From Vicugna vicugna (Eukaryota): a stretch of DNA of 64,000 nt. Position 1 is the first letter of the stretch. Every line of letters starts with the position of its first letter. The notes under the pieces are model-generated. The model did no database searches. It was not told where the DNA came from and saw only the letters and a list, made by a program, of their open reading frames with translations. Both the position numbers and the translations under genes were made by a program. Positions 39,031 through 51,745 of this stretch are shown one piece after another. Location: the NCBI GenBank assembly GCA_013265495.1, contig MU058531.1:2542911-2606910 (forward strand), written 5' to 3'.

Positions 39031-41401
39031 TTATAATTTTGACACTAAGCTCTTTGGTTTAATGCCAAGCAACGAGGCTTATTAAACTATAGTATCTTAA
39101 ACAGGAATTGAGAGGGGGAAGAAAAATGATAGAGTATTTTCAGTGCAGAAAAATTCTGGGAGATTAAATAGATAATAATTGAAGTATAGTTGAAATTGAG
39201 TTGATTTTTATGCCTGATGTATAAAGTAAGTCTCTCTGTGTTATAGGAAGTCTTTATTTATGTGTGTCTGTATATGTGTATGTGGTGATGGTAGAAGCTG
39301 AGCTAATATTTACAGCCTTGGTTGGAGACCACTAGACAGTCATAGTTAACTGTTACTTGGAAACAGTAGCTTGAGACTGGCCAAAAAAGCCCACAATATG
39401 CTGGATAGTCTTAAGAGAAGTATTTTTTAGGTGGAAAAAAATTTTTTTTTAAGCTATTAGAATTTTGCTTGTTATTTTTCATTTAAGATCTGATGTTACT
39501 AGAGAAAAGCAACTCAGTTATCTGGGCCATGATAGGAGGTGATAGAGTTGCCCCAATATGAAAGTATTCCACTTTTCATTGTATGAAAAGACAGTGATGT
39601 GAGTAAATTACACTAAATAATGAAAAGTATGGTTAGATTTGCTCAATGAATCTTAGTTTTCTGGAAATAGGAGGACTAAGAAAGGTGAATGCAGTCACCT
39701 ATCTAATGGCCATAACTACCCAGTGCCTAGCAGAGAATCAGGAAGTAAGGGGGGGATATGGTGTAACTCTAAGTAACTGAAAGATACTCAGTCACCTTAC
39801 TTGTGGGAGAGGACCTTGCTCAGGCCTATTTGCTCTTTAGACACAATTCAAGTAATTGATTAGCTGACTTACCATTCAAGGAGATTAAAGATAACATAGT
39901 AAGAGATGAGTGAGAGAGCAGAAAGTAAGACGTTACCTTAAGACTGCAAGAGAGAAGGCAGAACAGTTATAAAAGCGAGACACAAGAACTCAGCGCAGCA
40001 TTCTGAGCTATGTAATATAACAGAAAACAGCTGTTAATATAGCAGCCCTGGGAATTTATTGTGCAGGATAGAAAGTCTTCTTAATGGTGATCATTGGAAA
40101 GAATTAAAAAAAATTATGTAGTATTTTGTATACTAAAAAAAAAAAGACAAGGAAAGTATTATGATGCAGTTTAAAATTTTATTAAAAATGTTACGATTTT
40201 TAAAAAAGTTTTGGAAAATGACTATAGCTCAATAAAAAAAAGTGTTTAAAAAGTTTTGATGCTTAAATCAAAAATTATCATCTTAAAAACATCAATAACA
40301 AAACTTAATTTGAACTCTTCATTCCCCAAACATGCCAAATAAATTAAGCTGTGCTAGGCTCTCATGTATTTATTGTTTTTAATTGTTGATTTTGAGCCTT
40401 GCTAAACTATATTTCACACTTAATACACTAAACTTATTTTTGTTATTCCAAGATTTGCAGCCTATAGCTGAAAATTTAAGGTTTCTAAAATACTGCCTCA
40501 GATAAATTCAAAAGTGGAAAGTCTATAATACTCTCTAAGAAAACTCATATATTAATGAAGAGTGAGAGTGGTGGTAGGCATTCTTATTTGTATCAGAGAA
40601 ACTTGTGTGTAAAATGATAGGGTCTTTTTTTATGAGCCACAAGGCTTTCATTTTCAAAATAACTAGTGTTCACATTGTCTTCAGATTGTTACTTGTGTTA
40701 AATTTTTTAAGTACAAAAAAGTTGAAAAAAATCTTTCAAAATATTTTTTATTTTAACCTATTAAGAAATCTGTCTTAAGAAATCTTAAGACATATATTTT
40801 GTCTTAAGATATTTTAGTTTTTAAAGAGGTGGGATTCTGTTATGGAAAAAAAAATTAAAAGAAATGAGAAGACATTCCTGCCTCATCCTCATTTTGCTAC
40901 TTGGAACATTTTACCTGTTGTCTGCAGATAAAGCTGACTTCTTACATGACCGTCTATTATTGCTGTTAGCTGTAAGTAGGATTTCTATAGAGCATATTCT
41001 GTAACAAAGCAGATGTTTTGAAGTATGTTGACAGCCATGCAATTGGTATAGTTTCAAAATGCTTCTATAATCATTCACCTAAGGCTAAAAAGAGTCAGAA
41101 AACTTTTCTTGATTGAAGTATATTACTACTCTTGAACTTTTGTAGGATAACCATTTAAAATTTATTGTAATTAAGGATTACAGTAATTAAACGGCAGATT
41201 GGAAGTTTAAAATTATTAAAATATTTGTGGTAATGGGTGTGGAGAACATTTCTCAGTAGGGAAAATTGAAGGTTTAAATAGTCTTTATTTGAAATGATTA
41301 CTTGTAAATATTATACTTGTAATGAGTAGAAATTAATTTAGCAGTTAAACCCTTGTATACTTTGCAATCTTGTTTTTATTCTTTTTTTTTTTTTTCAATA
41401 G

Positions 41402-41475
41402 TGTTTGCCAGCTCTGAGCCTGTGCCAGGATTCCAGGGGGATACCCTGCAGCTAGCATTCATTGACCTCAGACAA
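41402..41475 (+). CDS. EXOC6: EXOC6 internal coding exon, 74 nt, phase 1/0
   Basis: Long poly-T tract ...ttttcaatag|TG and donor CAA|gtaagg. T+TG completes a Leu codon, giving LFASSEPVPGFQGDTLQLAFIDLRQ, in frame with the previous exon. Confidence 0.96.
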
Positions 41476-43176
41476 GTAAGGTGTAATAATGTACTTCTCA
41501 TTTGTTACCTTCTGCATCTTGCCTTTTTTTTTTAATGCTGCAGGAATGCTTGCTTGCCTTGAAACAACTTTTCTTTAGAAAACTGCTTCTTTGATAGCTA
41601 TGTATTTGGTCCTCCTCTCTGAGCCTATATCCATTCAGTTTCTCAACTTCATGGGGCATTCTTATCATTGAATGTTTAACTTAATCATTACCTGCCAAAC
41701 ACATGACTAAATAGAAACTTAACACTTTGGCTTAATAGTACTTGAAATTTAAGTTATTTCTTAATGTTTTCATGGTCACATATGAAAATTGATAGTATAA
41801 CCTTAGTGTTAGGATCCAAGTTAAATGTAAATTATTATAACCTAGAAAGGAGCGCCTTGTTTAAAATGTTGTCAGTGGTAAAGAATGCTGTTTTTATAAT
41901 TTTTCTGTATGCCTCCAGAAAGAAGGATAAGGCTAATTTTAAAAAGGTAATTACACATTTACATAATTCTTTTCTGGTCACATAACTCTAAGTGTAGTAA
42001 CAAGTATAATAATTTAAAAATCTCTTCTATTCTTTTTACTACTCTTTAACTTCTCTATTATCATTTTCTTTATTTTCGTCCTATTACCCTTTTCCATATC
42101 CCTCATAATTTTTCTTCTTATTCCTTTCTTCCCCCTCCCTCCTCCTCCTTTTTCTTTCTTAATCCTAGGATTAAGGAGCTTAATAAAGCTGAGAGGCACA
42201 AGAGTGTGGAGGAGGGGTGGATCCAAGTTAGAGGGCTCAGGAGTGCTAGAACTGACAGCAGGAGTGACTGATGCCCTTGGCAAGAAGAACCAAATGGAGA
42301 TGGAATTAAAAGAAAGCCACTGTGATATCAGTCTATTAATGGTCCCATTCCCTTTGGGGGATGGAGATGACCGAAGATGGGGCTCCACCATTGATTGGTA
42401 TGAATAGACTCTTCCAAGTGATGTTTGAAACAGGACCAATTTGAGCAGTTTAAGGAGCTCTGATTTCATTAAATATTTGAACACAGAGCTGGTTTTGCTA
42501 ATTCCAAGCCAATGTTCAATAAGTATTTATGAAATACTAGGGACTGATTATTTGGAGAGGGGAGATGTGGTTGAAATAGAAACAAAGATAACATAAGAGA
42601 TAGTTTCATCCTTATGGAGCTTAACAATCCTTTAGAGAAGCAAAACACTCACAAATTAGTTAGGAATACTTAAAACACAGTGAATCATGTGGAAATAAAT
42701 GGTATTTCAAGTCAAGTTTGGAAGGAAATTGAAAAAGCCATTCCTGTCTCCCAACTATATCTGTAAAGCACGGAGTATATAAAATGTTTTCACATTTATT
42801 TCTGCTTACAATCAGTGCTCATGTATTGTGGCAAACAAGGAACACTATTATGGATGACCTAGATCTACAGATGGTTAGCTTTACCAAGTTTGGGAAGATA
42901 GTAGAAAATGAAGAAAGTGGATTCTGAACTTCATTTCATTACCAGAAGATATTCTTACTATTGAAGAGAGATCCATTTTCTTAAGAAGGAGTTATCTCTG
43001 TTGCTGTCCTATTGCCCTGAACAAGATGATCTAATATAAAAAACTGAGTCCTTTAGCAAGTTGGAAATAGGTTTGACTGTATATTCATTTCCAAATTAGG
43101 TTATGGCCACTTACATGATTATGTTCTCCCATCCAAAAAGTATGTGATTTGAAGATAGCTCCTATTATATATACCC

Positions 43177-43308
43177 TTTTTTTTTCTTTCGTGGAAGGAG
43201 GAGGTAATTAGGCTGACTTATTTATTTTTAGAGAAGATTCTGGGGATTGAACCCAGGACTTTGTGCATGCTAGGCATGCACTCTACCACTTGAGTTTTAC
43301 CCTTCCCC
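43177..43308 (-). mobile_element. tRNA-derived SINE (Vic-1-like)
   Basis: gaggtaattagg...ctggggattgaacccaggactttgtgcatgctaggcatgcactctaccacttgag. Confidence 0.92.
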
Positions 43309-45742
43309 TCCATATGTAAATATGTTCACAGAAAAATTGAAATTTATTGTGTGCTATTTTCTCAGTTTTGTATGAATTTTTATGCTGTTAACTGGTTGGT
43401 AATCTCATGGGATCGTGGGGTTGTGGATAGGTAGGTTCACATAATTTATAAAGCTGTTGGTAAAGATCCTGTTCTTTGATTTGTCCAAATAAGTGGTTCA
43501 TTCAAAGCAGATTAAATCTCTGAGCCCAGGTATTTTCTTCCTTCAAAGACAATCATCATTTGACAGCAAAGAAGTCCTCTTTATAAGCATATAGCTCACT
43601 AGGGAATTGTTATGAAGGCATGCTTATAAATATTAATAAACATCTCAAATCTTTTTGGTTGAATTTACTTATCAAGTGTGTGCTCTTAGAGGCATTAAGT
43701 CCTGATTGACATTTCTTCATCAAGGTAATTTCTTTAAGAGATTTTACGTGAATAAAAAAGTCTATTATGAAACATTTAAAACTCTGAAATAAATATAAAG
43801 AACTGTTAAAAGATTTACATAGAAATAGCTAGTTAATATAAAATATAATTTTAAAGTATGGTAGTTAGTATGCAGTGGAAGTGAGTAATGGATAGAAAAT
43901 TTTGATGAGCTAATTTTATGTACTAATTTTTCTAGTCTTAAAGGGGGCTTAAAATTAGTTTCCCTGATTATTAATGTTAAAATTAAATCATACCATCTTG
44001 TATTTCTGTATTCTAAAACAAGAAGATGCAGCTAATTCTTGTCTTTAGCTCCTGGACTACTGGGATATAATTTGAATTTTATGATTTCAGAGGCCTGGTT
44101 TTAAGAACTTAATGACAATAGTTATTTTTCACCTATGTTTGTTTTTCAAATTAGCTTACAAACAGTTTAGTGGTGAAATACCAAGCATGGGAATTGGCCA
44201 AAAATAAAATTAGTCTTGAAACTTTAAGTCTTATATGAGGTGATACAATTTTTTTTGTATCAGTTAGCAGTGATTATTTAAATAAGGGTGCCTTAAAGTT
44301 TCAGTAGTGTTTTTATGTTCCTGACTTCATAAAGATATTTAATAGAGTATTATTTTAACACTTTTATGTGAAGTTGTATATCACCAAACATAAAGAGGGT
44401 GCTAACACTTTTATTTACATATCAGTTGGATTTCTGCACTTTTCCTTCTTTTTTTTTCTGGTCTGTGATCCATTTCTGTCTTAATAGGGCAGCTGACAGT
44501 TCTTTTCAAGTATACTTAGAAAGGCAAAAGAGCCCTTTTCATAGTGCTTATAAGGGGTCATGCTTCTGTTTTTTAGTTTGAATTTGATACTGCTTCATGA
44601 ATTGCTGGGTATGAAAGATTAGGAAGTAGGTCCAGTGGTCAAATTTTACCTGCCCACCCGGACTTTGCCCTGAGGTCAAACTCCTGATATTTGCTGTTCT
44701 GAATAGAGGAGTTGATGACAAGTATGAGCTGATACAAGAGGAAAGTTAGAACCATATCAAAGCTGAAGGCAAGAGAATTGGGACTCAATGAGAGACTGTA
44801 GCTAAAAGATGGATCATCAGAATTGCCCTCTTCTAAGAAAAGGAAATAGCTGACCTGTGAGTGAAAAGACTTTATCATCCTGCCAATCACATGCTTGCTA
44901 ATGGAAGCCAGTTATCTCAACAACATTTGAGGCCTACTGCCCTAATAGACAATGTGGAGGATTAGCAGTACTGGTACTGCATTATGTGAATGTACTGCCT
45001 CACTCAGTTTTAAATGTGACGTTTGAACATGATTTGTCTGTGTATACTTTCTCTTATAAGTAAAGCCTCTCATCCTTCTAAACCCCCAGTTCTGAAATTA
45101 GGTCGCTAAATGATGAAGGACTTTGATATACTTAAGCATATCTGTTTTCTTTTATAAACACTGTCTCTTTAGTTAAATATAATCTTTTCAAAAGGATTTC
45201 AAAATATGTGAAATTCTTTTGACGATGTATGAAAACCTTAAAAATTTTGAACTTTTTATTATGACTCTATATAATATACATTATTCAGTGATACTTTTTA
45301 AAATAACTCATTCTTAATACATAGCAAGATTTCACTAAATATCACTGGAAAATGAGGTGGTTCATATAAATGAATTTTCCAGGAAACTATGGATTAGTTT
45401 TTAATTACCAAAACTTTTTAAATGTAGCCAACTTAATGGGAAAGTTAAAAAAATATCCTCACCTTCATAGCTTCTTATTGAGCATAATTCTCACAGTAGA
45501 CTGAACATCCATGGCTCACTAATAATCCTAATGCTAAATCCTCTTTACTCGGTCCTGTTTCACTTTGTGATAAGTTAGACTGGCAAGATATTATTGCTGC
45601 ATTTGACAGTATCTTGATAATCTTTTAGACAATATGGAGAGGCTGAAGTCGGTTAGGTAATAATGCAGTTAGGTGGGTTTGAAGCTAATAAAACAATCTC
45701 TTGCCCAAAGAATGTTGGCTAATCTGTCATTATTACCCTAGA

Positions 45743-46000
45743 GCAGTATTTCCCAAAGTGTATTTCTAGGAACACTGATTTCTCAAGATGAGAAAAGAAA
45801 TTTCTTTAAAAAAGCTTCCAAGTCAGGTAAGTTTGGGAAACACTTTATACTCTAATCCCCTCTTAGAGACTTACCATGTGCGTTAGAATTGTAAGGACTA
45901 AGAAATTGTGCAGTAACCCAGCATTACCTAAACTCATCACAGAACACCTCCCTTACTAATTTTGGGTTGTATTACATGAAACATACTTTGTGAAATGCTG
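45743..46000. mobile_element. hAT-Charlie-like MITE
   Basis: Imperfect inverted termini cagtatttcccaaagtg and tactttgtgaaatgctg. Confidence 0.55.
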
Positions 46001-46819
46001 CTTTAAGTCAAGATTCTGGCAGCACCCTCTAGATGTCTGTCTTTGACAGTTTAGGATAAACATATTTTTAAACTAATAAATTGGATAAATACATAGAAGA
46101 AATATGAATTATATGTATAGATTACACAAAGCTAGGAGAGTTACCTAAGATGATAGAAGACAGAATCAAAGTGCTCTCAGTAGGCTTGAGTGATAAGCCA
46201 AAGCCAGCAAAGTTAAATTTAGCAAGGAGAATACTAAGCGCTGTACGTAACTTTTTTAAAGTAAAATTTTTAAAAATACAGGATGTAGGAAATCTGACTT
46301 ATATTATGAAAAAGATTTGGTTGTTTTAGTTAACCTCCAAATGAACCAACAATATGCTGGGAATTCTTAGACTGTGTTCATGAAAGTGTGGTATCTGGTT
46401 AGAGCGCTGTGCTTTGGGGTTGTTAAGACCGTGCCTTGAGTATTGCGTGATGGTGTGGATGCTTACAAATTGGAGAGCACGTAAGAGAGAATTACAAGGG
46501 CAGTGAGGGACAGATCCCTTGTCATATGAAAAGCCTTTAAAAAATCTGGGAATATTTAGTCTAAAGCCTTAGAGGGGTATACCTTTGTAGAGAAAATCAA
46601 GTATGTGATTCTGATTAGCCTGTAACTGAGTTCTTTTCTTCTTCTGTTGTCTTCTGCCTATTACAGTCCTATGCCATAAAAATCATAATTTTTCTTTCTG
46701 TATCTAGGATTAGTTCCCGTTTTCAAGTATTTTGCTTTGGGTAAACTAGGGAAAAGAGGAGTGCTAATTCCTCTGAACTATGTGTAGAGAATTCGAGAAA
46801 GAATTTGTATTGTGCAGAA

Positions 46820-48068
46820 TATATTTGGATCTCATAGCATTTTTCAAATAAATGTGTTATTGAAGTATGACATACATTTAGGCAAATCATAAGGATACTG
46901 TTGCTGATTTTTGACAAAGTGAATACATCTCTGTAACACCCAAATTGAGAACAAGAACTTGACCAGTAAGTACCTCAGAAGAGAGCCTCACCCCTCACTG
47001 CACTTCTCCCTCTCAAAGGATAACAACTGTGATGACTTTTAACACCACAGATAAATTTTATCTGACTTTAAACTGTGTAAACATGGAATCATGCAATATT
47101 AACTTTTTGGTTCTGCCTTCTTTTGCTCAAGATTATGTTTGTGAAATTTATCCATGTTGCATGTGGCTATGGTTCCTACATTCCCTTTGCTGTGTAGTCT
47201 GCCATTATATAAATACGCCATAATTTATACATTCTGCTGTTGATGAACATATGAATTGATTCCAGCTTTATGTTACAGATTGTGCTAACATGATATTCTT
47301 TTGCATGTTTTTTGGTGAACATATGCACACATTTTTTTTGAAGTATTTACCTAGGAGTGTAATTGCTGAAACAGAGGGGTAGATACATGATCAGTTTTCA
47401 TAGATACTGTGAAGCTGTTTTCGAAAGCAAGAGTATTTCTTCATACTTCAGGCAGCAGTGTGGAAGAATTCTTGTTGCTCTGCATCCTTGTCATCATTTG
47501 ATTATTATTTGTCTCTTCCTTTTCAGCCATTCCAGTGGGTATACAGTAGTTTTACCTTGTAGTCTTAATCTACATTTCCTTGATGACTTATAAACTTGAA
47601 CTTCTTTTCATTCATCTGTTGTCTATTTGAACATCCTCTTTTGTAACCTTTTCAGGTTTTCTGCCATTTGTTTCTAGTGGATTGTCTACTTCTTATTGAT
47701 TTGTAGAAGTTCTCGTGTATTCTGAATATGAGTTCTTTGTCAGCTGTATGTACTGCAGATATCTTCTGCTCTGTAGCATGTCTATTCACTCTTAGTGGTG
47801 ACTTTTGATGAATAGAAGTTAATAATTTTAATGAAATCCATTTCATTATTTTTCCCTTCATGGTCAGTTCCCTTTAATGTCCTGTTTAAGAAGTCTTTGC
47901 CTACCACTGAAATTATATTTTCTTCTAAAAGTTTTATTGTTTTACCATTCACATTTAGGTTTACAATCCATCTGGAATTGATTTTTGTGCATGGTATGCG
48001 GTGTAAGGTTCAAGATTCATTTTGTTCCATATGGTTATCCAATTGACCCAGCACCATTTGTTGAAGAG
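46820..48068 (-). mobile_element. Old L1 (L1MB/ME-like) 3' region
   Basis: Antisense L1 phrases (tacctaggagtgtaattgctg, ccatctggaattgatttttgtg, tgacccagcaccatttgttgaagaga). ORF 47652..47861 is ORF2-like. Confidence 0.8.
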
Positions 48069-49084
48069 AATTGGATCTCATGGCATTTTAATGTAAAGTA
48101 ATTATAAAACACAAGACTTTGAGGCATAAATGATTCATGTTTCTAATATACAAGTAAAATGGGCTCTATTGTGCCTCAGTTAACCATGTGCTTACATTTC
48201 ATGGGTCATGCTATTCCTCATTAACAAATTAGTTGTAGGGTTGAGGTTTTAAAATATCGACCTAACTATACCCTCACCACATCAAAGGTATTTTAAAAAA
48301 TAAAGCAAGTCTAGAGTAAGTATTCATAATAATACAGGCAACATAAAAAAAAAGCTAAGCTACAATCCCATAAAGACAAGAATCGTGCCTTTTTTGTTCA
48401 CTGCTGTACATCCATTGCTAATCCTATTCCTAGCATATAGTAAACAGTCAATAAATGTTGTATACGTGAATGCAAATTATTCAGCTATATTCAAAAACAT
48501 TTTTTGGTGTACAGAAACACCTTATTAGGAATTGGGATATTCCACATAAATTAATGTTCCATATAAACAAACATTCTTTAAAAGCAGTAAACTTTTTATT
48601 TCCATTATTTTTGTTGAGAGTATTTCTAAAAATACATGACACGTTCCTCTTCCTTCTTAAGTAAAAGTGTAACCAATACAAATATTTCTTGATTTACCTT
48701 GGGATACTAAAATAATAAAAGCTATTTCTAAGAAATGTCATTGCTCCAAAACCAACTGCTTTTTCTTTTATATATAAAGAAATATTTTGGACAAAGGAAT
48801 TATAAGAATTTAGACAAAGGCAGTATACATCTTAACTGAGTGATCAGCAATGACTTAATATAAAACAGAACTTAAATAAAGCAGCATTTCCTAAACTACT
48901 GTTGTTTGGAATAGTTAATCATGAAGAAAGTAAATTATGGTTAGATAATTTTAGGAAATCCTGCATATTGTGTCCCTCTCTTGTAAATTCATAATTTCAT
49001 TAGCACACTAAAGACTTTGAGAAGTCCTGTAGTAAAGGTATATCCCTCCTCGCCCTCAAACCTGTCTGAGTATGGAAGACTTTT

Positions 49085-49217
49085 GTTGTTGTTGTTTTGG
49101 GGGGCAAGTAATTAGGTTTCTTTCTTTCTTTTTATTTAACTGGAGGTACTGAGGATCGAACCCATGACCTCACGCATGCTGAGCATGCACTCTACCATGG
49201 AGCTATACCCTCCCCCC
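49085..49217 (-). mobile_element. tRNA-derived SINE (Vic-1-like) inserted in a Charlie-like element (about 48882-49299)
   Basis: ggaggtactgaggatcgaacccatgacctcacgcatgctgagcatgcactctacc, with TSD gaagactttt at 49075-49084 and 49224-49233. Confidence 0.92.
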
Positions 49218-50435
49218 AGGACTGAAGACTTTTCACATATGAAAATCTCTTACTGTCCTACAAAGCAGTATTCAGTGGCACACAGTTTGAAAACACTGAT
49301 TTACCTGAGCCACTACAGCATTGCGTTAATCTGTGGATTCTTTAAACTATGTTAAAACAGAGGACTGTGATAGCAAATAGGTAATCCTTTCAGTAGATAG
49401 ATGAAATTTAAATATTAAGATGTAAAAATACAAAAATGATGAAAAATAATAGAAAGTTTTCAAAAATAATTTGTTGAACTTCCTTTTTTAAAAACATTCA
49501 GATGATTTTATGAAGGATGATAATTACTAGAGGATTAATGCTACTTAGAATCAGTAAACCAGTCAGTCAGTCATACAGAATAACTTGTTTTTAAGAAGCG
49601 TGAAACGGTAACACAGGATTGCTTGTGAAGAATGAAGAGATTTAAGTGGGAAATTAAAATACCAGCTCATAGGGAGTTCAGATCCTAACAGTTGTCAGAT
49701 TCCTTAGTGAATCACCAGGGCTATTGTTATTGAGCCACAGTATGCCTACTTGGAGAGAAATAAAGAATATATTCATTACCTTTCCCCCCACCACCTGCCC
49801 CACTTACTAATACACTGTAAATGAGATGAGAAAATTTTGAAAGAGTCATGTTTTGATAAGATGATCACGGTAAGTTCTGTATTTTGTTTGTTGTAAAGTG
49901 TCTCCTAGTATCAAATGCATTTGAAGTGATTTTTTTTCAAGATAATTGTACCTTTCCTGAAGACAGAAAATCTAATACTTCCCAAAATAAGAAGCTTAAA
50001 ACAAAGACAAAACTTCCACAAAGAAAATAGTATTACTATTTAGTAGTACTAAAAGTGATGAAAAAACTTCTAAGTCCTTTAGAACTTATAACAAGTTTTT
50101 GCACAGATGGTTTACTTTACACGTTCTTAGCTATAAGCACCTTCAGATACGAAAAGAGAAGGGATAGGGAAACAAAGGCTGCTTTGTTCAGTTGGTCTCT
50201 TTTACCTGTCACCAAGTCCTCCCCAGCAGGCAAATGAGGGGTGGTACACCTAAATAAACTCTTTTACCTTCTATCACTTCTTTGATCTGACATAATTTGA
50301 AGAATATATTTTTTAAAAGTCATTTTGTGACCCTACACATGCATCTTTTTATTAATGGTACCCAGGGAAGATTCTCTGCTTCCCAGAAGAGTCCATGGAT
50401 CATTCTGAATATTAAGCTAATTGTTTTTAGGTTTT

Positions 50436-50460
50436 TGTTGTTGTTGTTGTTGTTGTTGTT
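50436..50460. repeat. (TTG)n trinucleotide microsatellite
   Basis: About eight tandem ttg units. This is the source of the poly-L and poly-Q chance ORFs. Confidence 0.9.
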
Positions 50461-51124
50461 TTACTTTTTCAGTTCTTGGAACTTGGCTTTCCATATCCTG
50501 ATCCAGTCTGACCTCATATAGTTGGAGCAAGAGTATATTATATTGCCATTTTTTAGGCATATAATATATGAGGCAACCCCATAAAACCACTCCTCCCTTC
50601 ACAGGTCTGTTTTCTTACTTAATGTGTCATCAACATATATGCCATTTTCTTTCATGATGAATTCCAAATCTGGGCTTCTCAATACAAAGTGCTACATGAG
50701 TGCTAGGCAGCCCTTAGCCATGACTATTACTCATTTGACTACTTTTATATTCTACCACCTTGTAGAGAAATCTGTTAGGAATGATTTGCAGCTTTTTATT
50801 AACTTTTTTATTCCCTCAACGTTGAACTCCATGGGCAGGAATTGGTTATAACATAAATTGCATTGCATAAAGGTCCTTACATGTTTTTAGATCAGGGATT
50901 CTAACCTGGGGGTCATGGATTGGTTTTAGGAAGTTTATGCAAAATTTTGTCTGCATGTACATATTTCTGAGAAGAGGGTACATACAGTGTTTTCAACAGA
51001 CTCTCAAAGGCATCATATATGACCTAACAACAGTTACCTAACCACCACTGCTCTAGGGAAACTGAAAGCTTTCCAGATGAAGCCAGATCACCAAAAGCTA
51101 TCCCATTTCTGGATATGTCTTTTT

Positions 51125-51745
51125 TTATTAAATATTTGAGCACCTGCTCTGGGGACTGTTTTAAGTGTTCAGGAAACAGTTGGGAACAAGATCCTTGCTC
51201 TCATAACTTGGTTTGTTGGAGGGAGATCCACAAGAAACAATGATAATTTCAAAAGGCTTTAAACAGAATTTCAAATACATTTAAATCCTGTGAGTTAAAA
51301 AAAAAACAGGTTAACATGACTAGTAACTGTAAGTTAGGTGGACCACTTCAGATTGGGTTGTCGATGTAAACCTCTTTAAGGAATAGATACCCTAATGAAA
51401 TTGGGAGATATGGGGAAGTAATAGTATTCCAGGCAGAGGGAAGAACAAGCGCAAAGTCCTAAAGTGCTGTCAAGGAAGGGAAAGTATGGCTGTAGTGCAG
51501 TGAGCAAGGGGGAGAGAGGTGCAAATGAAATTGGGAAGGTAATCAGAGCCAAGTCAGGACTGTGAGGGCCTTGTTAAGTTTGATGGGCAACCGTTTAAGG
51601 GTTTTAGGCGATTAGTATCGTCCTCTGGTTTGCATTTTTAAAAGATTACACTAGCTGTTCTGAGGAGAATAGATTGAAAAGGAGCAAAAATGGAATTAGG
51701 AAGAATAGTTAGATGGTTATTTTGGTAGCCTAGGGTACAGATGGT
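51125..51745 (-). mobile_element. L2 fragment
   Basis: aaatatttgagcacctgct...gtattccaggcagagggaagaacaagcgcaaagtcct...tttgcatttttaaaagattac. Confidence 0.7.

Noticed and set aside
42014..42484. 156-aa minus-strand ORF and the overlapping 67-aa plus-strand ORF
   Set aside because: The Lys/Arg-rich part comes from a low-complexity pyrimidine tract, and no domain or gene structure is recognisable.
50297..50602. Poly-Leu and poly-Gln ORFs
   Set aside because: Artefacts of the (TTG)n microsatellite.
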